From Candidatus Taylorbacteria bacterium RIFCSPHIGHO2_01_FULL_46_22b (GTDB lineage: Bacteria; Patescibacteriota; Minisyncoccia; Phycocordibacterales; DSPV01): DNA of 64,000 bases. The translations under genes and the position numbers were made by a program. The stretch is from contig MHRF01000010.1 in the NCBI GenBank assembly GCA_001820875.1, positions 3,371 through 67,370 of the forward strand. Reading direction: 5' to 3'. Of the stretch, positions 20,978 through 30,167 are shown in pieces (position 1 is the stretch's first letter; the number at the start of each line of letters is the position of its first letter). The notes below the pieces were generated by a model, which ran no database searches, was not told where the DNA came from, and saw only the letters and a list, made by a program, of their open reading frames with translations.

Positions 20978-21748
20978 TCATGTGTGAATCTCGATACTTA
21001 CAGGGCAGTGGTCCGAGCCCATAACGTGCTCCAAAATATCAGCAGATTTGAGCTTTTTTTTAAGATCGGGGGTAACAAAAAAATAATCGATACGCCATCC
21101 GACATTTCTATCGCGTGCAAAGAATCTTTGATCCCAGTAGGTGTATATATCTCTTTTATCAGGATAAAAACTTCGAAAGGTATCAACATATCCGAGCTTC
21201 ACCAAACGATCAAGCCATGCGCGCTCGACAGGCAAAAAACCAGTGTTTTCTTGATTCTCTTTTGCGCGCGCAAGATCAATCTCTGCATGGGCAACATTAA
21301 TGTCGCCACACACCACAATTGAATTTCCTTTCTTGCGCAATCCTTCGATTAACTTCAAAAAAGTTTTGCAATATTCCATCTTAAAATCCACTCTAGAAAG
21401 ATCTTGCCTTCCATTAGGAATATATACATTAAAGAGCCAAAAATCAGGGTATTTGAGACCTATACAGCGCCCCTCATCATCAAATTTCTTAATACCCAAA
21501 CCATACATAACCTCTTGGGGTTTCTGTTTAGTGTAAATCGCCACTCCGCTATATCCTTTCTTAATTTTTGAATTATCAAAAAAAGCAAAGTAGCCGGCAG
21601 GGGATTTCATCTCGTCTGGGATTTGATCGGGGTCGGCTTTTATTTCTTGTAGGCAGAGCACGTCAGGTTCTTGATCAAAAAACCAAGCAAAACAAGCCTT
21701 TTTATGGCAGGCGCGGATACCGTTCACGTTCCAAGAAATTAATTTCAT
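20978..21748 (-). CDS. xth: Exodeoxyribonuclease III / AP endonuclease
   Basis: 256 aa. MKLISWNVNGIRA...LCLQEIK...GSDHCPV are canonical ExoIII/EEP motifs. Confidence 0.9.
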   Translation of the reverse strand: MKLISWNVNGIRACHKKACFAWFFDQEPDVLCLQEIKADPDQIPDEMKSPAGYFAFFDNSKIKKGYSGVAIYTKQKPQEVMYGLGIKKFDDEGRCIGLKYPDFWLFNVYIPNGRQDLSRVDFKMEYCKTFLKLIEGLRKKGNSIVVCGDINVAHAEIDLARAKENQENTGFLPVERAWLDRLVKLGYVDTFRSFYPDKRDIYTYWDQRFFARDRNVGWRIDYFFVTPDLKKKLKSADILEHVMGSDHCPVSIEIHT

Positions 21749-21836
21749 AGAAACATCATACAGGAAATCTTTTTAACGAGGGAGAAAAGTCATCTATTGA
21801 CAAATAAAATATAGGTGGTAATGTGCGATTCACTCT

Positions 21837-22157
21837 ATGAAAACATCAATACTATCAACCTGTCTGTCACTGGTAATGGGCTCCGTCATTGTCATTAATG
21901 GCGTATCTGCCAACGTGGACGACATAATTACTGACGCACATAGAGCAGTTAATGGGGCAAACCTCCATCAACTCGCCACAGTGATTGAACTCTATTATTC
22001 AGATAATGGGTATTATCCAAACGCATCCGGAGGGGAAGAACTCATAAATCTCTTTGAACGTGACGGGTATATTATGAACCGTCCGCTCGATCCTTCTGTA
22101 TTTGAATATATTGCTCTTGAAAACGGGCAGAACTACCGCCTCACCAAAACGTACTAA
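21837..22157 (+). CDS. Pilin-like protein (T4 pilin / GspG-type fold) with non-canonical N-terminus
   Basis: N-terminal hydrophobic segment, then ANVDDIITDAHRAVNGANLHQLATVIELYYSDNGYYPNASGG, matching the pilin/pseudopilin ALELYYxDNGxYP motif. It lacks the prepilin G-1/F+1/E+5 cleavage signature. Confidence 0.55.
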   Translation: MKTSILSTCLSLVMGSVIVINGVSANVDDIITDAHRAVNGANLHQLATVIELYYSDNGYYPNASGGEELINLFERDGYIMNRPLDPSVFEYIALENGQNYRLTKTY

Positions 22158-22196
22158 AAGAAACCCCGCGCACCGGAAAACCGGATGCGCGGGGCC
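22157..22196. terminator. Bidirectional Rho-independent terminator
   Basis: aaaagaaaccccgcgcaccgg-aaaa-ccggatgcgcggggcc, between convergent genes. Confidence 0.55.
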
Positions 22197-22213
22197 ACTA
22201 GAGGGGGAACAGA

Positions 22214-22564
22214 TCAGGCGGCGACATGACTGAGAACCGTCAAGGTTGTGTCGCAAGAGGGGTTAGCAGGCAGTTCGACGTACTTGCAGAAGCCGAATTG
22301 CTCAACGACATGGAGAACTTCTGTCTCGGAAGTTCGTCCATTAAAACAAACCAAGTAGGTGGCGAAAGTCCGCCCGTCTGCTCTGGCCTCTCCCGTGCGA
22401 AAGCGCGGGGCATGAGGCTTGGTATTGATCCAGAGACCGGCATGAACCAGTCGGAGTGCTTGATGGAGATCCAAAAGCCGGTTCTCCACGGGTTTTCCTT
22501 CCATGTCACCGTTGGGATTGACCATCACCCACAACTGATGGACTGAGAGGTTGAGACTTTTCAT
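22214..22564 (-). CDS. Hypothetical protein (GC-rich outlier ORF)
   Basis: 116-aa ORF convergent with the pilin-like gene and sharing its terminator. Local GC is clearly above the window average. A plus-strand ORF overlaps the same stretch, so the strand call is uncertain. Confidence 0.35.
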   Translation of the reverse strand: MKSLNLSVHQLWVMVNPNGDMEGKPVENRLLDLHQALRLVHAGLWINTKPHAPRFRTGEARADGRTFATYLVCFNGRTSETEVLHVVEQFGFCKYVELPANPSCDTTLTVLSHVAA

Positions 22565-22712
22565 AAACTAGACGGATTGGGACGTTTGGAGTTTGGGACG
22601 TTTGTGACGAAGGACTTGAAAAACATACAAAACTAAAACTACCCCTAATTGTAGGACAAAAAATGACAGAAGTCAAGGCTCGTATACCCTTAAAATAGCC
22701 AATATTGAGGCC

Positions 22713-23633
22713 TTATTTACCCTTGTTGTGGAAATTCCGATGGACATCCCGCAGGTGCTTATCAGTCACATGTGTGTAGATTTGTGTCGTCCCTATATGT
22801 GCATGACCTAATAGTGCCTGCACACTTCGAAGATCCGCGCCGTTTGAGAGAAGGTCAGTGGCAAAACTATGCCGAATCACGTGCGGCGTTACTTTTTTTG
22901 AGATACCGGCCTTAATCGCGTACTGTTTGATCAACCGTTCAATCGAGCGGGGAGTAAGGCCGAGTGTTTTCTTGCCGCCGACAGCCAGTTTTGCTCCACC
23001 TCTTCCAATTTGTATAAAAAGGGAATCATCCATATCAGCACGCTTGGCAAGATACTTTTTGACCGCCTGACGCGCGTCAGGAGAGATAAAAACCACACGA
23101 ACTTTCTCTCCTTTGCCGCGGACACTAAATTCATCTCGATTGAAATCAACATCCCGCGTCAGCGAACAAAGTTCAGACACACGCAATCCCGTTGAAAACA
23201 AAAGTTCAAGAATAGCCCTGTCGCGCAAAGCGGGGGGCTCTTCTCCTTGGGGAGCGCGCAGGAGACGACCGAGCTCATCGGAGGAGATGAGATCGAGAGA
23301 GCGTTCGGGGACCTTGGCAAGTTCAATACGATCAGGCTGAAGGGAAGTCACTCCGCGCTTCATACAGAATTTGAGAAAGGAACGGAGTGCAATCAAATAG
23401 TAGTTCTGCGTCCTTTTCTTGATAGTCCCTGATGGAGCCGGCTGGCGATTCAACCAGAGTCGAAATTCTCGAACTGCATCTTCAGTAATCGATTTCGGGT
23501 TAGTTATTTTTGAAAACTCGAAGAAACGAGAAAGATAGCGGTCATAGTTCTCAACTGTCTTTAAACTTCGCCCTTTCTCTATCTCAACATATTCGAGAAA
23601 CTGACGCTTCATTTTTTCAATTTCTGTTGCCAT
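22713..23633 (-). CDS. xerC: Tyrosine recombinase XerC/XerD family
   Basis: 306 aa. N-terminal SAM-like core-binding domain. Catalytic region HVIRHSFATDLLSNGADLRSVQALLGHAHIGTTQIYTHV (R..H..R..Y). Confidence 0.88.
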   Translation of the reverse strand: MATEIEKMKRQFLEYVEIEKGRSLKTVENYDRYLSRFFEFSKITNPKSITEDAVREFRLWLNRQPAPSGTIKKRTQNYYLIALRSFLKFCMKRGVTSLQPDRIELAKVPERSLDLISSDELGRLLRAPQGEEPPALRDRAILELLFSTGLRVSELCSLTRDVDFNRDEFSVRGKGEKVRVVFISPDARQAVKKYLAKRADMDDSLFIQIGRGGAKLAVGGKKTLGLTPRSIERLIKQYAIKAGISKKVTPHVIRHSFATDLLSNGADLRSVQALLGHAHIGTTQIYTHVTDKHLRDVHRNFHNKGK

Positions 23634-23753
23634 AGATTAATAGATATCGTGTCGCACAATATTTTAACACGAAACGACTTTTACTTCTTGTGAGCATAAA
23701 ATAGCCTTATGGGACTTGCGAAAATAATGCTTTCGTGCTATTCTTTCCACACC

Positions 23754-24020
23754 ATGCTTTCAAAAACAAAGAAGCTGAAAATCATCAAAGGGGCAGGCGT
23801 ACACGAGAAAGATACCGGTTCTCCTGAAGTACAAGTCTCTATTTTGACGAAAAGAATCGAGGAATTAGCATCTCACTTGAAGAAACATCAAAAAGACAAG
23901 CACTCGCGCAGGGGACTCCTCGCCATGGTTGCCAACCGCCAAAAGCACCTTCAGTATTTGCAAAAGAAAAACCCTAAGCGATACTCTGTGTTGGTCAAAA
24001 AACTCGAGCTGAAGAAATAA
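23754..24020 (+). CDS. rpsO: 30S ribosomal protein S15
   Basis: Start at the internal MLSKTKK. Sequence KGAGVHEKDTGSPEVQVSILTKRIEELASHLKKHQKDKHSRRGLLAMVANRQKHLQYL is the S15 fold. Confidence 0.9.
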   Translation: MLSKTKKLKIIKGAGVHEKDTGSPEVQVSILTKRIEELASHLKKHQKDKHSRRGLLAMVANRQKHLQYLQKKNPKRYSVLVKKLELKK

Positions 24021-24290
24021 AGGAGATAAACTCCTTTGTTCGCTTCGTTCGTTCGGGAGAGAAAAGTATCCTCTTTTTCTCTCCGCACCACAAGAGTGCT
24101 TCCGATTTCTACGTGAGAAATCTAGGTTGCTCACTCACTAGCGAATAACGTTTCTCCTTTCAGCTTTTTCACTTTAGTTCTACAATAGACAGACCGGTGC
24201 AAGACACCGGCGGGGATATAACGGTTGCATATTTTTTTATTTTGCATCACTTTTCCCTTTTTTAGAATTCATTATTCATTATTCATTTTT

Positions 24291-24833
24291 ATGTCAGTTA
24301 TCAAACACAAAGAACAGCGCGTGGGAGTATTTATTGATACACAAAATCTCTATCACAGCGCAAAAAATCTCTATCGCGCCCGCGTTAACTTCGGGCAAGT
24401 CGTCAAAGATGCGCTCGCCGGCAGACATTTGATCCGCGCAGTAGCGTATGTCATTTCAACCGAATCAGGCGAAGAGAAGAATTTCTTCGAAGCACTGGGG
24501 AAGGTTGGGATTGAAGCAAAAACAAAGGATCTCCAAATTTTCGCCGGTGGTGCAAAAAAGGCCGATTGGGACGTCGGGCTCGCGGTTGACGCAATTAAGC
24601 TTGCACCAAAACTTGATGCAGTAATCATCGTTTCCGGAGACGGGGACTTTGTGCCTCTTGTTAAATATCTCCAAGAAAATCAAGGTTGCCAAGTTGAAGT
24701 GGTTTCATTCAGCAAATCTACTTCAGCGAAACTCATAGAAGCGACCGACGACTTCTTTGATCTCGATTCAAACCCGCGCAAATATCTCCTCGGCACCGGA
24801 AGGGGACGTAACAGCGGAACGCCAAGCGAGTAA
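24291..24833 (+). CDS. NYN-domain (LabA-like) protein
   Basis: Start at MSVIKHKEQRVGVFIDTQNLYHSAKN. Motifs DWDVGLAVDAIKLAPKLDAVIIVSGDGDFVPLVKYL are typical of the NYN/LabA PIN-like nuclease fold. Sits between rpsO and pnp. Confidence 0.75.
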   Translation: MSVIKHKEQRVGVFIDTQNLYHSAKNLYRARVNFGQVVKDALAGRHLIRAVAYVISTESGEEKNFFEALGKVGIEAKTKDLQIFAGGAKKADWDVGLAVDAIKLAPKLDAVIIVSGDGDFVPLVKYLQENQGCQVEVVSFSKSTSAKLIEATDDFFDLDSNPRKYLLGTGRGRNSGTPSE

Positions 24834-25007
24834 ACAGCACAGGGGTGGAAACACGAGGACGTCTTAAAAGACGTCCTCGTGTTGTTTGTAGAAAACAAAT
24901 TCACGTGATAGGATGAGGTTATTACACAATAATTGCTGGTCCTTGGATAGGTAGATTTGAAAAACATGTTTTTTCAAGTCTGAAATCCTAGGATCAGCCT
25001 CGTATTT

Positions 25008-27197
25008 ATGCAAAAAAAGGAATTCTCGGTTGAGATTGGAGGGAAACCCTTAGTAGCTCAATTTACAGACCTTGCCGATCAGGCGACTGGCTCCTGTATC
25101 GTCCGATATGGGAATACAACCGTATTGGCGACGGCAGTCATGTCTAAACAAACCCGCGATGGCGACTGGTTCCCATTGACCGTGGACTATGAAGAGCGGT
25201 TCTACGCCGCGGGACAAATCTTGGGATCACGATTCATCCGTCGCGAAGGACGTCCCACGGAAGAAGCTATTCTCTCCGGACGCATTGTCGATCGAACCAT
25301 TAGACCTCTTTTCGACCAGCGAATGCGCAATGAAGTGCAGGTGGTAATCACCGTACTCTCAATTGCCGAGGATGATCCAGATGTACTTTCGGTTATTGCA
25401 GCTTCACTCGCACTTGGAACATCAGAAATTCCATGGAATGGACCGGTATCGGCTGTCCGACTTGGAAAGAAAGTTGCAGACAATAATTTTATTGTTAATC
25501 CTTCATACACCGATCGCAACGCCGAAGATGCCGATCTTGATTTGCTCGTATGTGGCAAAGACGGTCTCGTCAACATGATTGAGGTGGGAAGCAAGGAAGT
25601 CAGCGAGGGAGTGTTGACCGCAGGGCTTGAAGAATCACTCAAACTCATTGAGACCGTACAGGTATTTCAAAATAAAATCATCAAAGAAATCGGAAAACCA
25701 AAAAAACAGGTTGAATTCGCCGAGATGCCAAAAGAATTTGACGCGCTGTTTACAGAAACGATCAAGCCTTCATTCATTGAGTCCGTATTCAGTGGACCAG
25801 GGAAAGCAGGTATTGAGAGCCTAAAGAACACGTGGATCACCGCGGTCAGCGAAAAACTTCCTGATGCAAGCTCGGCACTTGCAGACAGCTATTTTGAAGA
25901 ACAAGTCAACGATCTCTTGCATCGCGAAGCAATCGAAAACAATCGCCGACCGGACGGACGCGGATTTGATGAAATCCGCCCACTGTACGCACAAGCAGGA
26001 AATATCTCGCCAGTACTTCATGGATCCGGAATATTCTACCGCGGTGGCACGCACATTTTTTCAGCGCTCACACTCGGAGGCCCTGGGGAAGCAATGGTAG
26101 TCGATGGTATGGAGGTACAGGGGAAAAAACGCTTCATGCATCATTACAACTTTCCACCATTTTCAGTCGGTGAAACCGGTCGCATGGGCGGCATGAATCG
26201 CCGTATGATCGGACACGGGGCACTCGCCGAAAAAGCGCTGATGCCGGTGCTTCCACCCAAAGAAACATTCCCGTATACCATCCGTATCGTCTCGGAAGCA
26301 TTCGCTTCAAACGGCTCTACTTCAATGGGATCAGTGTGTGGTTCGACACTCGCACTCATGGACGCGGGAATTCCAATAACCAAACCCGTTGCTGGCATCG
26401 CATCCGGACTCATGATGGAAAGTGCGAAGAAATACAAAGTATTGACCGACATTCAGGGACCTGAAGATCATCATGGCGACATGGATTTCAAAGTTGCGGG
26501 AACTCGCGACGGAGTCACTGCCGTCCAAATGGATGTGAAAGTTAACGGAGTCACACTCGAGATGTTGACTGAAGCATTTGAAAAAGCGAAAAAAGCTCGC
26601 TTCCAAATCATTGAAGTCATCGAAAAAGAAATCCCGAAACCACGTGCAGAACTTAATCCAAGCGCGCCACAAATTCTCTCACTAAAGGTAAAAGTCGATC
26701 AAATCGGTATGATTATCGGCACCGGAGGAAAAACGATTAATGGCATCATGGAAAAAACTGGAGCTGAAATCGATATCGAAGACGATGGATCAGTATTCAT
26801 CACCGGCAAAAATGGGTCCGCACAAGCTGCCTATGACATAGTACATGGAATGACGCGTGAATACCTCCCTGGGGAACGCTTCGATGAAGCTGAAGTGACT
26901 CGGCTCATGGATTTCGGCGCATTCGTCAAAATTGGCTACAACACTGAAGGTCTGGTACATATTTCCGAGATGGCACCGTGGCGCGTCAATCAGGTTTCAG
27001 ACCTTGTTAAAGAAGGAGATAAAGTTCCAGTCGTCATCCGTGAAATAGATGAGAAGGGACGAGTCAATCTCTCAATCAAATTAGCTGATCAGCATTTCTT
27101 TGACGCAAAAAAGCCATCAGGGACAGAGGTGTATGCGCCACGCGAGCAAGGAAGCGGACCACGAGGGGGAGACCGACCACATCATCGCCGCAGATAA
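25008..27197 (+). CDS. pnp: Polyribonucleotide nucleotidyltransferase (PNPase)
   Basis: 729 aa. Two RNase-PH domains, KH (GMIIGTGGKTINGIMEKTGAEIDIEDDG) and S1 (GERFDEAEVTRLMDFGAFVKIGYNTEGLVHISEM) domains, and a basic C-terminal tail. Confidence 0.93.
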   Translation: MQKKEFSVEIGGKPLVAQFTDLADQATGSCIVRYGNTTVLATAVMSKQTRDGDWFPLTVDYEERFYAAGQILGSRFIRREGRPTEEAILSGRIVDRTIRPLFDQRMRNEVQVVITVLSIAEDDPDVLSVIAASLALGTSEIPWNGPVSAVRLGKKVADNNFIVNPSYTDRNAEDADLDLLVCGKDGLVNMIEVGSKEVSEGVLTAGLEESLKLIETVQVFQNKIIKEIGKPKKQVEFAEMPKEFDALFTETIKPSFIESVFSGPGKAGIESLKNTWITAVSEKLPDASSALADSYFEEQVNDLLHREAIENNRRPDGRGFDEIRPLYAQAGNISPVLHGSGIFYRGGTHIFSALTLGGPGEAMVVDGMEVQGKKRFMHHYNFPPFSVGETGRMGGMNRRMIGHGALAEKALMPVLPPKETFPYTIRIVSEAFASNGSTSMGSVCGSTLALMDAGIPITKPVAGIASGLMMESAKKYKVLTDIQGPEDHHGDMDFKVAGTRDGVTAVQMDVKVNGVTLEMLTEAFEKAKKARFQIIEVIEKEIPKPRAELNPSAPQILSLKVKVDQIGMIIGTGGKTINGIMEKTGAEIDIEDDGSVFITGKNGSAQAAYDIVHGMTREYLPGERFDEAEVTRLMDFGAFVKIGYNTEGLVHISEMAPWRVNQVSDLVKEGDKVPVVIREIDEKGRVNLSIKLADQHFFDAKKPSGTEVYAPREQGSGPRGGDRPHHRRR

Positions 27198-27263
27198 TTA
27201 ATCTGCTGCCTAGCAGAAACACAAGCATACAAAAGTACGATATTATGTACTTTATATACCCAT

Positions 27264-28193
27264 ATGCCACCTGAAAAAACAAACAGTCGTGCCGAGGAAG
27301 TGAAAGCGTTACGAACATTTGAAACTGATGTTGCTGAAGCCCTCACCGAAGGTAAAACGTCGTCTGCCAAAATTTTTATTGCAGAAAACGCAAAACCTCG
27401 AGGAGAGCGTGAGCAATCAGAACTCCCCAAACCACCCGATCACAGTGCGCGGAACAAATTACTGCTCATCATGGCAGGTATTGTAGCGTTTGCAGGGCTC
27501 GTGGTATTTGTTTCTTATCTCTTACTTAAACCCGCACCTAGACCCACGGCACCAACAACAACGGCAGGAAAAACTATTATCGCCATTGATAGCACAAAGA
27601 CAATCAACATCAACGGACTGACGCAGAAAAAAACTCTTGAAGCTATAAAACAAGAGCGAGACAACATTACCTTGCGATTAAACGCAATCGAGGGCGTCAC
27701 CTTCACTCAAGTAAATAACGACGGGTTCCCCATACCAATTGACGCACCTACTTTTCTTTTGAAAATAGCGCCAAGTATGCCAGCCTCTTTTATTCGCGCA
27801 CTTGATCCTTCTTTTGCATTCGGATTTATCGGTCTCAATGGCAACCAGCCGTTTATTATTTTCCGCACCGGCGCGTTTGAACAGGCGTATGCAGGCATGC
27901 TTACGGGAGAAATTGATTTTTATCGTGAAGCAGGGGACATGTTCGGCACTTCAGAAAACTCGATGCCAGTTCTTGCTACCTCAACCGCAGCCTACTTTGG
28001 ATTGGACCCGAACACCCGAGTTTTCCACGACGTCGTGGTTAAAAATATTGACACGAGGGCAGTAAAAGATAGTGCAGGAGCAATAGTTCTGATGTACGGT
28101 TTTGTAGATCAATACACACTCGTTATCACCACCAACGTAAATACATTCAATGAAATTGTGGTTCGGCTCAAACGTTCCCGTCTGATCCCATAG
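27264..28193 (+). CDS. Hypothetical membrane-anchored protein
   Basis: 309 aa with a single TM helix (LLLIMAGIVAFAGLVVFVSYLLL), a Pro/Thr-rich linker and an uncharacterised extracytoplasmic domain. Confidence 0.5.
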   Translation: MPPEKTNSRAEEVKALRTFETDVAEALTEGKTSSAKIFIAENAKPRGEREQSELPKPPDHSARNKLLLIMAGIVAFAGLVVFVSYLLLKPAPRPTAPTTTAGKTIIAIDSTKTININGLTQKKTLEAIKQERDNITLRLNAIEGVTFTQVNNDGFPIPIDAPTFLLKIAPSMPASFIRALDPSFAFGFIGLNGNQPFIIFRTGAFEQAYAGMLTGEIDFYREAGDMFGTSENSMPVLATSTAAYFGLDPNTRVFHDVVVKNIDTRAVKDSAGAIVLMYGFVDQYTLVITTNVNTFNEIVVRLKRSRLIP

Positions 28194-28222
28194 TTGTTGC
28201 CATTTTCGCTCTCTGTTATCAT

Positions 28223-28591
28223 GTGGATATGGACACCACCACACAAAAAAAATTGCAGCAGGCGCTTGAAGCAGAATTAAAAAAAGTTGAGGGAGAACTG
28301 CGCTCGGTTGGCCGCGTCAATCCGACAAATCCAAAAGACTGGGAAGCAATGCCTGATAAAATGGACATTATTACTGCAGATCCAAATGAAGTCGCAGATT
28401 CTATCGAATCCTACGAAGAAAATACGGGAATCCTCAAACAGCTCGAGATTCGCCTCAACGAAATCAAGGCCGCACTCGAAGGAATGAAAACAGGCATCTA
28501 CGGAACCTGCAGTGTCTGTGGAAAACCGATTGACCCCAAACGGCTAGAAGCCAACCCCGCCGCAGCAACTTGTATCGAACACGCGCGCTAG
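28223..28591 (+). CDS. DksA/TraR-family C4 zinc-finger protein
   Basis: 122 aa. Coiled-coil followed by CSVCGKPIDPKRLEANPAAATCIEHA (CxxC...C zinc finger of DksA/TraR). Confidence 0.75.
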   Translation: MDMDTTTQKKLQQALEAELKKVEGELRSVGRVNPTNPKDWEAMPDKMDIITADPNEVADSIESYEENTGILKQLEIRLNEIKAALEGMKTGIYGTCSVCGKPIDPKRLEANPAAATCIEHAR

Positions 28592-28595
28592 AGCT

Positions 28596-30140
28596 ATGTC
28601 ATTCTCAAAAGTTCACAGTGCGCAGGTGAGAGTCCTCGATGCAGCTGTGATCGACGTAGAAGTCGACCTCTCAGGGGGACTGCATGCTTTTTCTATTGTC
28701 GGGCTACCAGACAAAGCGGTTGAGGAAGCGCGCGATCGCGTCTCATCAGCCATAAAAAATTCGGGTTTTAAATCACCGAAAACAAAAAATCAGAAAGTGG
28801 TCATCTCGCTTGCACCAGCAGATATCAAAAAAGAAGGATCAAATTTTGATCTAGCAATTGCGCTTGGTTATTTACTTGCAGCACAAGATATTCGTTTTAA
28901 TCCGCAGGGGAAATTATTTCTTGGAGAACTGGCGCTCGACGGCAGATTACGACCGGTCACCGGCATCTTGCCGTTAGTGCGACAAGCGCTTGAAAGCGGT
29001 TTCACTGAAGTATACGTGCCAGAAGCAAATGCCGAGGAAGCAGCCTTGATTGGAGATGTAAGTATTTTTGCCGTACCTTCGCTTTCCGCAATTGTTTCGC
29101 ATTTAAATGAAAAAGCAGAGAAAAAAATTTCCCTCAAGAAAAAACCGCAGACAAAAATAGTTCCAGCGGAACCAGACCACGCCGTTGATATCTCGGACAT
29201 AAAAGGGCAGGAAACAGCGAAGCGAGGGCTTGAGATTGCAGCTGCTGGCGCACACAACATCGCAATGTATGGTCCCCCAGGAACAGGAAAAACTATGCTC
29301 GCGCGCGCATTTGCGACACTTCTCCCGCAACTTTCATTTGATGAAATACTTGAAGTAACTTCCATTCATTCAGTTGCCGGTATTCTGAAAGGTTCTCTCG
29401 TGACTGCGCCGCCGTTTCGATCTCCGCACCACACAGCTTCCCATGTTTCGGTCGCAGGCGGAGGAAGTATTCCTAAACCCGGAGAAATTACACTTGCCCA
29501 TCGAGGAGTGCTCTTCTTGGACGAATTTCCAGAATTTGAACATCGAGTCATTGAAGCACTCCGCCAGCCGCTTGAAGATCGAATTATCAGTATTTCTCGA
29601 GTTAAGGGGAGCGCAACATACCCCGCACAATTTATTTTAGTCGCGGCAATGAACCCGTGTCCATGCGGCAACTATGGCACACGCAAAGAATGTATCTGTA
29701 CTCCATCGAATCTGCTTCGCTATCGAAGGAAAATATCTGGACCGATTATTGATCGCGTAGATATGTGGGTAGAGGTAGGGGATATCACCTACACAACGCT
29801 CTCCGCTGAAACTGCCCGCGGAGAAAAAAGTGAACGGGTACGCACTCGTATCAGTACAGCGCGCGAATTGCAAAAAAAGAGATTTTTCGAAAACAATTTG
29901 CAATACAAAACCAACAGCGAGATGCGAGCGCGCGATATTGACACCCTGATTAAACTCACCGAACCGGTGCAAACACTGTTAAATCAGTCCGCAGCTAAAC
30001 TTGGGCTCTCGGGGCGCGCATATCACCGCGTGATGAAATTAGCCCGAACAATTGCAGATTTAGAAGGAAGCGAGACTGTCGAACAATCTCATGTGATGGA
30101 AGCACTGTCATACCGACCGAAGCAACTGACTAGCATGTAG
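28596..30140 (+). CDS. yifB: Mg-chelatase-like AAA+ ATPase YifB/ComM family
   Basis: 514 aa. N-terminal Lon-protease-like domain, then Walker A (MYGPPGTGKTMLARAF) and Walker B (GVLFLDEFPEF). Confidence 0.88.
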   Translation: MSFSKVHSAQVRVLDAAVIDVEVDLSGGLHAFSIVGLPDKAVEEARDRVSSAIKNSGFKSPKTKNQKVVISLAPADIKKEGSNFDLAIALGYLLAAQDIRFNPQGKLFLGELALDGRLRPVTGILPLVRQALESGFTEVYVPEANAEEAALIGDVSIFAVPSLSAIVSHLNEKAEKKISLKKKPQTKIVPAEPDHAVDISDIKGQETAKRGLEIAAAGAHNIAMYGPPGTGKTMLARAFATLLPQLSFDEILEVTSIHSVAGILKGSLVTAPPFRSPHHTASHVSVAGGGSIPKPGEITLAHRGVLFLDEFPEFEHRVIEALRQPLEDRIISISRVKGSATYPAQFILVAAMNPCPCGNYGTRKECICTPSNLLRYRRKISGPIIDRVDMWVEVGDITYTTLSAETARGEKSERVRTRISTARELQKKRFFENNLQYKTNSEMRARDIDTLIKLTEPVQTLLNQSAAKLGLSGRAYHRVMKLARTIADLEGSETVEQSHVMEALSYRPKQLTSM

Positions 30141-30167
30141 CGAAAAACATCCAGCGAATAGGAGGAT

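Noticed and set aside
22566-22712. Direct repeat tttgggacgtttg (x2) upstream of xerC as a possible dif site
   Set aside because: There is no palindromic Xer-arm structure, so it cannot be supported from sequence alone.
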